64,000 nucleotides of DNA from Saprospiraceae bacterium. Lineage in GTDB: Bacteria > Bacteroidota > Bacteroidia > Chitinophagales > Saprospiraceae. Shown piece by piece: positions 36,766-45,759 of the stretch. The notes under the pieces were generated by a model. The model searched no databases. It was not told the DNA's origin and saw only the letters and a program-made list of their open reading frames with translations. Every line of letters begins with the position of its first letter. Position 1 is the first letter of the stretch. Both the position numbers and the translations under genes were made by a program. Location: contig JAHDFP010000011.1 in the NCBI GenBank assembly GCA_020628095.1, forward strand, positions 72,706-136,705. Reading direction: 5' to 3'.

Positions 36766-36798
36766 TACCAAAAGAAAGAAATACTTCTGAATATTCCC
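36766..36798 (-). repeat. Stop-codon-flank repeat, partial copy (T-rich module only)
   Basis: TACCAAAAGAAAGAAATACTTCTGAATATTCCC aligns with 61296-61327. The hand alignment gives 29 identical columns, 1 mismatch and 5 single-base gaps in homopolymer runs. It abuts the stop codon of the SurA-like gene. Confidence 0.6.
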
Positions 36799-38159
36799 TA
36801 GTTAATCATATTATCCAGATCTGGACAACTAATATATTGTCTGTCTAGATCTATGTAAGTCGTACGTAGCTTTTCTTCCAGCCATTCGGCGAAGTAGATA
36901 TTCTTTTTACTTTCCTTAGCGTATTGCAGGATTTTAGCATAGTCTTGCTCCAGACTGGCCTTGTGTGGCTTAGTCCTATCATTAAGTCTGACTATACGGT
37001 AATAGACTTCTCCCGTAGGCAGAGGGTATTCTAAGGGTTCTGTTACACCACCGACTTCGACCTCTTCTATCGCGATGTAGATATTAAAAGGAAGATCTGA
37101 CATGTCAAAAATGGTTTTACCCGTATTAGGATTTTGTAGCAGGCCATTATTATTGTAGCTCGGTACATCTTCTAGAGAGTACTTCTTAACAGCTTCTGAG
37201 AAGTCCATTCCCTCGTCTATTTCCATTTTGATGGTGTCTAGTCTTAGGCGCGCTAGTTGCTTATCATCTTCTGTAATATTGGGTTTGACTAATATGTGTC
37301 TTAGTCCTAATCTATTACCTCTCCTTTCGAGAAGTTGTATGATATGAAAACCATACTGAGTCTCCACAGGATCGGATATTTCTCCTTCTTCTAGTACAAA
37401 GGCCACTGCTTCGAATTCAGGTACAAGACTTCCTCTTACCATAAATCCTAGGTTGCCACCATCTCTGGCTGACCCTGGGTCATCAGAAAATTTCTTCGCT
37501 AATTCTCCAAAGTCCTGACCTTCTTCTACTATTTTTTTTCTGATGTCTACTATTTTTTGGAGTGCCTTGGTCCGTTCTTCTTTGTTGACTTCTGGTTTGA
37601 CGACGATTTCTGATAGTTCCACTTCGGCATTGAGATAAGGGATGCTATCCACAGGGATATTATTATAAAATTCTTTGACCTCCTTAGGTGTGATGTTCAC
37701 GTTTTGGATGATTTGCGCTTGCATACGCTGGACAACCATTTGATTTCTTTCGTCTTCTCTGAGATTATCTTTCATTTCCTGGGGAGACATCTCATATATT
37801 TCTTTGAAGGCCTGGATGTCACCATTCATCTGCCTATTGAGTACACCATCTACCTTGAAATCCAAACTGGCCTCCACTTCTTCTGGAGACACAAATACAC
37901 TATCCAATTTGGCCTGGTGCAATAATAGTTTTTGGCCTATCAGGGATTGCAATATTTCGCATTTGATGCTAGGGTCTACATCGACACTTTGTTTTTTGGT
38001 GTAGCTATATTGTGCTTCTACATCAGATAATAGGATAGATTCAGTACCCACTTTGGCTACAACTTTGTCTATCATCACGGTCTGCCCATAAGCACTATAT
38101 GATATAGCACAAGTGATGGAAGCAATTACTATAAGGGAGAATATATTTTTACGAATCAT
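36798..38159 (-). CDS. SurA-like periplasmic chaperone / parvulin-type peptidyl-prolyl isomerase
   Basis: 453 aa with a signal peptide, a SurA-N-like domain and parvulin domains ([16 protein letters not shown] ... QYGFHIIQL). Confidence 0.8.
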   Translation of the reverse strand: MIRKNIFSLIVIASITCAISYSAYGQTVMIDKVVAKVGTESILLSDVEAQYSYTKKQSVDVDPSIKCEILQSLIGQKLLLHQAKLDSVFVSPEEVEASLDFKVDGVLNRQMNGDIQAFKEIYEMSPQEMKDNLREDERNQMVVQRMQAQIIQNVNITPKEVKEFYNNIPVDSIPYLNAEVELSEIVVKPEVNKEERTKALQKIVDIRKKIVEEGQDFGELAKKFSDDPGSARDGGNLGFMVRGSLVPEFEAVAFVLEEGEISDPVETQYGFHIIQLLERRGNRLGLRHILVKPNITEDDKQLARLRLDTIKMEIDEGMDFSEAVKKYSLEDVPSYNNNGLLQNPNTGKTIFDMSDLPFNIYIAIEEVEVGGVTEPLEYPLPTGEVYYRIVRLNDRTKPHKASLEQDYAKILQYAKESKKNIYFAEWLEEKLRTTYIDLDRQYISCPDLDNMIN

Positions 38160-39009
38160 ATTTAGTCTTGATAGAAATATTTTTGTTTTCGATGCTCTTA
38201 TTGAAAAGCTCTTTTCTTTTTTTCTTTAATACACGCTCAGATCGATTGTGTAATATACGCTGTTGGATAATATGCTTTACTTGATTAACGGGTGCATCTT
38301 CTCCTGCTTTTTTACGATCGAGTATTTTAACATAAAATTTGAAGTTGCCATCCTCTTGTGAGTAAGTTTCGGTCCGATCAAAGTTTATTTTCTTAATGAG
38401 ACTTTCTGGAAAAATATTACTGAGATGCCTCTTATTAATCCAAAAATCTGGATCTAAATGTAATATCGTCTGATGTTTCGATAGATAAGTTTTTAGACCG
38501 GGTAGGTCTTCTGTTTTCCAAAGAGTCTTCAGAGAATCATTATCTAAGTTTTTAGGAATTTTTATGTGGAGCGATCTTACAATATCCTCCTTTAGCACAA
38601 AGTCTTTCTTGAATTTGTTATAAAAGGTATCAATCTCCGCTTGAGATATTTCAGTATTAAGATTTTCGCTGATAATCAGTTTTTCATATTCATGGATCAA
38701 TAGCGAATTTCTATAGTCTTCTACCAGGGCATCTATGTTTTTGGTTTGGGTCAACTTTTTCTTGGCCTCCTGATGCAAGATTCTATCCATTAGCCATTGG
38801 TCGACGGCTTGGTTAATTACAAAAGAAGAATCAGAGTAAGTGCTGAGACCTGTCAATTGTTTGTCCAGATCATTCATCGATAGAGTAGCACCATAAGCCT
38901 GAGCTAATACATCGGCATTATCAATACTTGATTGCTGACAGCCAAGTGATACGACCAAATTGAGTATAAATATGACCTTACAATATCTTGTCATATTATT
39001 TTCAGCCAT
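38149..39009 (-). CDS. Periplasmic lipoprotein-like protein of the PPIase/chaperone operon (SurA-N-like, no clear parvulin domain)
   Basis: 286 aa with a signal/lipobox-like N terminus (LVVSLGCQQ). It overlaps both neighbours, by 11 nt downstream and 1 nt upstream. Function is inferred from context only. Confidence 0.45.
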   Translation of the reverse strand: MAENNMTRYCKVIFILNLVVSLGCQQSSIDNADVLAQAYGATLSMNDLDKQLTGLSTYSDSSFVINQAVDQWLMDRILHQEAKKKLTQTKNIDALVEDYRNSLLIHEYEKLIISENLNTEISQAEIDTFYNKFKKDFVLKEDIVRSLHIKIPKNLDNDSLKTLWKTEDLPGLKTYLSKHQTILHLDPDFWINKRHLSNIFPESLIKKINFDRTETYSQEDGNFKFYVKILDRKKAGEDAPVNQVKHIIQQRILHNRSERVLKKKRKELFNKSIENKNISIKTKYDS

Positions 39010-40982
39010 TACTTGATAATCGACTTGAGGACCTTGTTATCTATTTTGACCTTATACTTACTCTCTAGATCACTTATCCAGTTTTTTTCTAAGTGATCCT
39101 GATAGTCCGCGATGATGTAGCCTTTAGCTTCGTCCAGTGTCTTAGGAGACGGTGGTACAGTTTTCATAATCCTATAAAAATGCGCAGGAGGCGGATTAAG
39201 TACCAGCTGTGTGACCTTGTCATTTTCCTCTGTAAGATTTTTAATTTCTTCGGATTCCTGATCTATAAGTTCTTCTGTAAAGGTCAGTTTGGCTTCTTTG
39301 TCTTCCTTATATTTTTCCGCAAATTTTTGATGGTCTTTTTTGATAGCAAACTTGTGCATGCTGACGATCTTCTGAGTTTCTGGTGACTCTATATTGTATT
39401 TATAGACTTTATATCTATCAGGCCAGTTGTATTTTTTGGGAGTCGATGCGTAGAAGTTTTTGAGACCAGTTGTATCCTGAGATGCCTTGTCCCACACCTC
39501 TTGCTTAGTAATCTCAAATAAGAGAATGCCCTCGCTATACTCTCTCATTAATGATTTGAAATCTGGGTATTTGCGCTCTAGATTTTCTTCTTCGTAGGCC
39601 ATCACCTGATCACTAATGTATTTTTGATATAACTCTTCTGCGGCCTCTTGTACAGGTTTGTTTTTACTGAATTTAAGTCGCTCTCGTATATTCTTTTTAG
39701 TGTAGACTGCGAAATCAGCAAGGGTATATGACTTGCCACCAAGATTAAATAATTCCAGATTGTTTTCATAAGTCGGTGGTTGCCACTTATAGCTGTAGAA
39801 ATCAGAATCCAATGCTGTAGAAAATCTTTTGAAAGCTAATTTATCCTCTTTGTACCCAGCTTCTTCTTTGACATCATCTATAAGTTTCTTTTCTGCTATT
39901 TTGAATCTGTCATTGTTCCTTATTCTTGCCTCTATTCTTTTCTTTACTCTGACCTCATCAGAATCATCTCTTTTGGAGAGTCTCTTGATGATGTGATATC
40001 CGATTTTAGTTTTTATGGGTTTGCTGTATTCTTTATCATTTTTAAGAGCAAAAGCTGCATCTTCAAAAGGACCTTCATATTGATTGATCCCAAAGAAACC
40101 TAAGTAACCACCTTTGGTTTTTGTCTTATCATCATCAGAAAATTTTCCTGCCATGTTCTCATAATTCCGACCATCTTGCAACAGGCCATAGACAGAGTCA
40201 ATAAGTATACTGGCTTGCTCATCTGTTCTTAGTTTACCCGATCTCACGAGTATATGAGCTATTTCCATTTGACCACGGGCTGGTCTTTTGTCTGATACTT
40301 TTACTATATGGAATCCCATCTTAGATCTGACAGGTTTGGAGACTTTTCCTACCTCAGTTGTGTAGATGGCATTCTCTAGATCATAAAAACCATCAGGTAA
40401 AGGAGAAGTATAATAGCCCAACATGCCTCCTCTGACAGATGTGGCTTTGTCTTCTGATAAGGTCTTAGCCATGTCGACAAAGAATTTTCCATCATTAGAT
40501 TTCAATTTATCATAGATGTCATTAATTTTTTGCTCAGCCATCTGCTGTTTTTGAGCACCCGATTTAAGTGGGGCAGACACGAAAATGTGACTAACCTCGA
40601 CATCGGTTTTCATTCGCTCAGCGACCTCATTTATTATGCGTTCTGATATTTCTTTATCCTTGAGATAAGACTTTGCCAGTTGCTTTCTATAACCTGCCAG
40701 TTCTTCTTGTAGGGCTTGCACAGTATCTAGTCCTATCTCTTTGGCTCTTCTTACTTTTAGCTTGAATTTTTTATAAAGTTCCAGATATTCTTCGACGCTT
40801 TGCTTAGAATAGTCGGCTTCGTCTGCATTGTTTTTTTCGTAGATGTATCTGAATTCTGAAAGTCTGACCTCGTCATTATCCACCGAGAAAAGAACAGGAT
40901 CATTGCCCTGACCGAAAGTGAGTAGTGATTGCGTGATGAGCAACAATACAAATAGGATTCTCATGCTGGAAATTTTGTGCAA
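39009..40982 (-). CDS. PpiD-like peptidyl-prolyl isomerase with two parvulin domains
   Basis: 657 aa with a signal peptide. It has two parvulin signatures (SEDKATSVRGGMLGYY ... KMGFHIVKV and SDDDKTKTKGGYLGFF ... KIGYHIIK). Confidence 0.8.
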   Translation of the reverse strand: MHKISSMRILFVLLLITQSLLTFGQGNDPVLFSVDNDEVRLSEFRYIYEKNNADEADYSKQSVEEYLELYKKFKLKVRRAKEIGLDTVQALQEELAGYRKQLAKSYLKDKEISERIINEVAERMKTDVEVSHIFVSAPLKSGAQKQQMAEQKINDIYDKLKSNDGKFFVDMAKTLSEDKATSVRGGMLGYYTSPLPDGFYDLENAIYTTEVGKVSKPVRSKMGFHIVKVSDKRPARGQMEIAHILVRSGKLRTDEQASILIDSVYGLLQDGRNYENMAGKFSDDDKTKTKGGYLGFFGINQYEGPFEDAAFALKNDKEYSKPIKTKIGYHIIKRLSKRDDSDEVRVKKRIEARIRNNDRFKIAEKKLIDDVKEEAGYKEDKLAFKRFSTALDSDFYSYKWQPPTYENNLELFNLGGKSYTLADFAVYTKKNIRERLKFSKNKPVQEAAEELYQKYISDQVMAYEEENLERKYPDFKSLMREYSEGILLFEITKQEVWDKASQDTTGLKNFYASTPKKYNWPDRYKVYKYNIESPETQKIVSMHKFAIKKDHQKFAEKYKEDKEAKLTFTEELIDQESEEIKNLTEENDKVTQLVLNPPPAHFYRIMKTVPPSPKTLDEAKGYIIADYQDHLEKNWISDLESKYKVKIDNKVLKSIIK

Positions 40983-41208
40983 AAATATGTCATTCTAAGC
41001 TGAATGCAAATAATTCAAATAACAATAAAAAGCTATGATAAATTGTTGAATTTCAGAACTTTAAATAATAATATCCACATTATATGGACCCGAAAGTTGG
41101 TCTTTATAATTCTTAGTCCTTGTTTTCGTCATTAATATAAACAGAGAAAATAGCTGAGACGTACAAAAATGGGGGTGTTTAAAACTCTATTAACACTTTC
41201 CATTTAAT

Positions 41209-41227
41209 AAGAAATACTGTATCCGAG
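41209..41227 (-). repeat. Possible short relative of the stop-codon-flank repeat
   Basis: AAGAAATACTGTATCCGAG compares with 36776-36800 AAGAAATACTTCTGAATATTCCCTA (18 identities when 2+2+1 bases are gapped). It lies 6 nt from the murF-alr stop in the same relative orientation. The evidence is weak on its own. Confidence 0.3.
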
Positions 41228-41233
41228 TAACCA

Positions 41234-43684
41234 CTACTGATAGTGGTACGTGCGCTTGACACGTGGAGCAATGCGACTAATAATCTCATACGGAATGGTC
41301 TCGCTTTTTTCGGCCAAATCCTCTATCGGTTTTGCCTGATCAAAAATGATCACCTCATCTCCTTCCTTAATATGCGACGATCCTGTGATGTCCACCATAG
41401 AGACATCCATACATACATTTCCGACTAATGGATATAGCTGATTATGAATGCAGACGGAAAATTTATTTTTAGCGGCTATGCGCATCAGGCCATCTGCATA
41501 ACCTATACTTATTACGGCCACCATTTTATCTTCTGATGCGAAACCAGCAGTGCCATAACCTGTTCTATCTCCTTTGTTGAGTTTTTTGATTTGTAATATT
41601 CGGGCTTTGAGAGTATGTACTTTTTGCAATTGTGTATCTAATGAGACTGTATCATCTATACCATATAGGCCGAGACCTATTCTGACCATATCATACTGGG
41701 CGTCGCGATGTCTTATGATACCATGAGTGTTGAGTATGTGTCTTTTTGGGCTTTGATTAGGAAAAGCGTCTATGATTTGATTAGAAGAAGATTCATACAG
41801 TCTTATCTGGTCATTTGTAAAGTCGTCCTGACTTGGATCTTCACTGCTGGAGAGATGAGAAAATACAGACGCAATCTTCATCTGATCGCATTGCTTGATG
41901 AGTCTTATTACCTCAGGTAATTCGTCAGATTTAAAGCCGAGTCGATTCATGCCCGTATCTATTTTGATATGAATGTCTATGGCTTCTGACTTGCTTTTTG
42001 CTTTACTAATTATCTTTTCCAATAATCTCAATGAATAAACTTCTGGCTCTAGATTGTAATCCCATAAGGTGTCAAGATGATTATCCTGTACATTCAGTAT
42101 CATAATCGGAGTGTCTATCCCTGCATCTCGGATATCTACGGCTTCGTCAATAATCGCTACTGCCATATAGTCGATGCCCCTATCATGTAAAAAGTGAGCC
42201 AATTCGCTACTGCCGCTTCCATAGGCTTCGGCTTTGAGTATGGCCATTACTTGAGTATCTCTTTTTAGTAATGATCTGAAAACATTAAGATTATGGGCTA
42301 TAGCCGAAAAATTAGTCTCCAAAACGGTTTGGTGTGCCTTCTTCGATAAGTAGCCGAAGATTTTTTCTAAGGTATATTGTCTGGCTCCTTTGATTAGCAC
42401 ACAGAAATCTTCCCAAGATTCGAAGTCAAAGTCATACAGACAATTCTCAGTAGAACTATAATTATGAATTTCCAGATTCCCATATTGTCTGGCTTCTGGT
42501 CCTATATGGATGATCCTTTTTACTCCATGTGCGATAAGCAAGTTTTCTATCTCTTTACTCGTCTTAGAATCATCCTTTTGTTGTAAAAAATCGGTTATAA
42601 TGACCGCTTTTTCTTTTTTCTGGGCATGCTGGTCTTGATATTCTAGGGCCAATTTGAGTGAGGCGAGGTCTGCAGAGTAGCTGTCATTAATAAGAACCGT
42701 ATTATATCGACCCTCTTTTATTTCTAATCTATTAGGTATAGAAGAAAAGGGCCTAATGACTTTTTGTATATCTTTTTCACTCCATTGGAAAAATAATAAA
42801 CAAGAAATCACATGTAGACAATTGTCCACCATGTTAGAATGAGTAACAGGTAACTCAAGATGATATATCTGAGTATTATATTTTATAGTGATCGAGGTGT
42901 TCTTGTCGTTTGCATTTATCTCGGTAATTTCTATTTCTGCTCTGCTGTTCTTTCCCCAGGAAGTTGTTTTACTCAGTAAATGATTATCCATGGCTTCTCT
43001 GATATCATTGTGATCATAGCAATATATCAGAGACTCCACATCTCGGAATAATCCGAGTTTTTCATTTATTTTTTGATGTTTGTCATCGAATCCGTGGCTA
43101 TGGGCATCACCGATATTGGTCATGATCCCATGAGTTGGTTTGATCATTTTTGCCAGATGCTCCATTTCTCCTTGTTCCGATATACCAGCTTCTATGATGG
43201 CGAGCTCGTGTGATTTTTCGATTTGTAAGAGGGATAAAGCGACTCCTATCTGAGAGTTATAACTTCCTGGACTATTGTAAGAGTTAAGTTGAGTACTTAG
43301 TGCTTGATGCAGCCATTCTTTGACTATCGTCTTGCCATTACTACCTGTAATGGCTATCACTGGAATGTCAAACTGAGATCGATGAAAAGTGGCCCACTGC
43401 TGCAGGGCTCTTAGCGTATCAGATACTAATACATAACTTACATCTTTCAGGTCAGAAATAGAGTCTGGCTCTGAAACTAAAAACTGTCTGACACCTTTTT
43501 CGTAGGCCTGTGCTAGGTATTTGTGGCCATCCGCTTTGTTAGTTCTGAAAGCAATAAAAATGGACTCATGTCCAAAGGCAATTCTCCTAGAGTCGAAGTA
43601 AATGTGGCGCACCTTCATTTGCCCTTGGTTATGGAACAATTGTCCTCCTGTGATTTCAGATATTTGTTGTAAGCTATATTCCAT
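41234..43684 (-). CDS. Bifunctional UDP-N-acetylmuramoyl-tripeptide--D-alanyl-D-alanine ligase / alanine racemase
   Basis: 816 aa. The N-terminal Mur ligase has AITGSNGKT and a DAHS-containing region. The C-terminal ~370 aa form an alanine racemase, with the PLP-lysine region MAILKAEAYGSG and YGTAG. Confidence 0.9.
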   Translation of the reverse strand: MEYSLQQISEITGGQLFHNQGQMKVRHIYFDSRRIAFGHESIFIAFRTNKADGHKYLAQAYEKGVRQFLVSEPDSISDLKDVSYVLVSDTLRALQQWATFHRSQFDIPVIAITGSNGKTIVKEWLHQALSTQLNSYNSPGSYNSQIGVALSLLQIEKSHELAIIEAGISEQGEMEHLAKMIKPTHGIMTNIGDAHSHGFDDKHQKINEKLGLFRDVESLIYCYDHNDIREAMDNHLLSKTTSWGKNSRAEIEITEINANDKNTSITIKYNTQIYHLELPVTHSNMVDNCLHVISCLLFFQWSEKDIQKVIRPFSSIPNRLEIKEGRYNTVLINDSYSADLASLKLALEYQDQHAQKKEKAVIITDFLQQKDDSKTSKEIENLLIAHGVKRIIHIGPEARQYGNLEIHNYSSTENCLYDFDFESWEDFCVLIKGARQYTLEKIFGYLSKKAHQTVLETNFSAIAHNLNVFRSLLKRDTQVMAILKAEAYGSGSSELAHFLHDRGIDYMAVAIIDEAVDIRDAGIDTPIMILNVQDNHLDTLWDYNLEPEVYSLRLLEKIISKAKSKSEAIDIHIKIDTGMNRLGFKSDELPEVIRLIKQCDQMKIASVFSHLSSSEDPSQDDFTNDQIRLYESSSNQIIDAFPNQSPKRHILNTHGIIRHRDAQYDMVRIGLGLYGIDDTVSLDTQLQKVHTLKARILQIKKLNKGDRTGYGTAGFASEDKMVAVISIGYADGLMRIAAKNKFSVCIHNQLYPLVGNVCMDVSMVDITGSSHIKEGDEVIIFDQAKPIEDLAEKSETIPYEIISRIAPRVKRTYHYQ

Positions 43685-43687
43685 TAT

Positions 43688-44950
43688 CTACAGGTCAAAA
43701 CCTATATCCTTCCTGTACTGCATCCCCTCAAAGTGAACAGATGAGATATTTTGTAAGGATTTTGAGATGGCTTCTTTATGGTCTCCTCCATAAGATGTTA
43801 TGGCGATGACTCTTCCACCATTCGTAACTACATCATGCTCTAAGGTCTTAGTACCTGCATGAAATATGAGGCTTTCGGACTGAGACTTGTCTATAGTAAT
43901 ATGCTTTCCTTTTTGGTACGCTCCAGGATACCCATCAGATACTAAGAAAATAGTCGCTGCCGACTCAGGACGAAACTTAATTGTCTGATTACCAAGTGTT
44001 CCGCCAAATACTGAGATGATATGCTCAAATAAGTCAGACTCTATCCTCGGCAGGATTACTTCTGTCTCAGGATCACCAAATCGGCAGTTATATTCTATGA
44101 CATAAGGATCACCTTCTACATTAATTAATCCAAAGAAGATGACCCCCTTATATTCTAATTTCTTTTTCTTGAGACCATTGATAGTAGGGATAATAATTTC
44201 GCTTTTGACCTTGTCCATTAAGACCTCATCGACGAATGGAACTGGCGATACGGCGCCCATTCCGCCTGTATTGAGTCCTTGATCGCCTTCTAGTCTTCTT
44301 TTATAATCTTTAGCGACTGGTAATAATTTGTACTCTTTACCATCCGTGATAACGAATACGGAAAACTCGATTCCGTCCAGAAATTCCTCTATAACTACTC
44401 TCTCAGAGGCTTGACCGAATTTACCTTCTATCATAGAGGCAAGCTCTTTTTTTGCCTCTTCTTTGTCATTTAGTATTAGGACGCCTTTACCAGCTGCAAG
44501 TCCATCTGCTTTGAGGACTATTTTTGATTTTTGTTGTTCAATGTGGTCGATGCCGTCTTGCAGATTATCTTTGGTAATTATCATATAATCCGCCGTCGGT
44601 ATTCCAAATTCTTTCATGAAATCATTGGCATAAGACTTAGACCCTTCCAGTCGTGAGGCTTCCTTAGATGGACCAAATATTTTAACCTCATGCTCCAGGA
44701 AAGCATCATAAATACCCTCTACTAATGGCGCTTCAGGTCCGACGATGATATAATCGATCTTATTATCATGGACAATTTTCTTGATTTGATCAAAGTCAAG
44801 AATGTTCAGATCTATATTCTGACCATAATCGCTTGTCCCTGCATTACCTGGAGCGATGTAGAGATTTTGGCATAATGGACTTTGACTCAGTTTCCATGCC
44901 AGCGCATGTTCTCTTCCGCCACTTCCTATAATCAATACATTATTGGTCAT
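43688..44950 (-). CDS. purD: Phosphoribosylamine--glycine ligase
   Basis: 420 aa with IIGSGGREHALAWKL, an ATP-grasp core (VLKADGLAAGKGV) and a C-terminal VTNGGRV. Confidence 0.95.
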   Translation of the reverse strand: MTNNVLIIGSGGREHALAWKLSQSPLCQNLYIAPGNAGTSDYGQNIDLNILDFDQIKKIVHDNKIDYIIVGPEAPLVEGIYDAFLEHEVKIFGPSKEASRLEGSKSYANDFMKEFGIPTADYMIITKDNLQDGIDHIEQQKSKIVLKADGLAAGKGVLILNDKEEAKKELASMIEGKFGQASERVVIEEFLDGIEFSVFVITDGKEYKLLPVAKDYKRRLEGDQGLNTGGMGAVSPVPFVDEVLMDKVKSEIIIPTINGLKKKKLEYKGVIFFGLINVEGDPYVIEYNCRFGDPETEVILPRIESDLFEHIISVFGGTLGNQTIKFRPESAATIFLVSDGYPGAYQKGKHITIDKSQSESLIFHAGTKTLEHDVVTNGGRVIAITSYGGDHKEAISKSLQNISSVHFEGMQYRKDIGFDL

Positions 44951-44975
44951 TTTTTGTCTTGTTTTTGATAAACTG

Positions 44976-44991
44976 TACTTCTGCAGAAGTA
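44976..44991. promoter_or_regulatory. Perfect 16-bp palindrome TACTTCTGCAGAAGTA in the purD/ruvA divergent region (candidate operator)
   Basis: Read directly from the sequence. It lies 25 nt upstream of the purD start codon and 95 nt upstream of the ruvA start. Function is inferred only. Confidence 0.3.
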
Positions 44992-45086
44992 ATATAAATA
45001 ATTGAATAAAAATATTTTACGTATTATTATATTTATTAATATGTTAATATTTAAATTCTTTATCTTCGCAGGCAAAAATAGCTGTT

Positions 45087-45677
45087 TTGATAGCTTATCT
45101 AGAAGGAAATATAACGCATAAAGCACCCACCCACACTTATATAGATATAGGTGGTGTAGCTTATGACGTACAGATAAGTCTGAATACCTATGCACATGTA
45201 GAAGATGCGGATAAGATCAAGCTATTTACTCATCTTGTGGTGAGAGAAGATTCGCAGACCTTATTTGGATTTTATAGCCTGGAAGAGAAGGAATTGTTTA
45301 TCAAATTATTATCCGTCTCAGGTATAGGCCCTAATACGGCGCGCGTTATATTATCCTACATGAATACGGAAGAAGTAGTACGTGCAATTTCCACGGATAA
45401 TGTTACTGCATTCAAGAAAGTCAAAGGCGTCGGCCCTAAAACGGCTCAAAGAATCATACTCGATCTAAAGGATAAAATCGTCAAAAAAGAGCTGGACAAG
45501 GGTACTTTAACATCTTTGAGTCAACCTTCTATACGAGAAGAGGCGATTTCTGCGTTAGTAGCATTAGGATTCCAAAAAACTCAAGTTTCTAAACAAGTAG
45601 ATAAGGTGCTTACCAAAGAGACGGACATTACTCAAGTGGAAGTATTGATAAAAGAAACATTGAGACAATTTTCATAG
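45087..45677 (+). CDS. ruvA: Holliday junction branch migration complex subunit RuvA
   Basis: 196 aa with a TTG start. The N terminus MIAYLEG.I is conserved, and the HhH motifs are VSGIGPNTA and VKGVGPKTAQRI. Confidence 0.92.
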   Translation: MIAYLEGNITHKAPTHTYIDIGGVAYDVQISLNTYAHVEDADKIKLFTHLVVREDSQTLFGFYSLEEKELFIKLLSVSGIGPNTARVILSYMNTEEVVRAISTDNVTAFKKVKGVGPKTAQRIILDLKDKIVKKELDKGTLTSLSQPSIREEAISALVALGFQKTQVSKQVDKVLTKETDITQVEVLIKETLRQFS

Positions 45678-45759
45678 ACAATATTCAGTGATTTACACGT
45701 TACTAAGACATAGATTTAATCAGGACACGGGCATTAGAATATTAAGTACTAGTAAGGCA

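Noticed and set aside
44947-45195. 82-aa ORF overlapping the purD start and the ruvA start
   Set aside because: It is the translation of an AT-rich promoter spacer (I/L/N/K/Y-rich) and overlaps two well-supported genes, so it is spurious.
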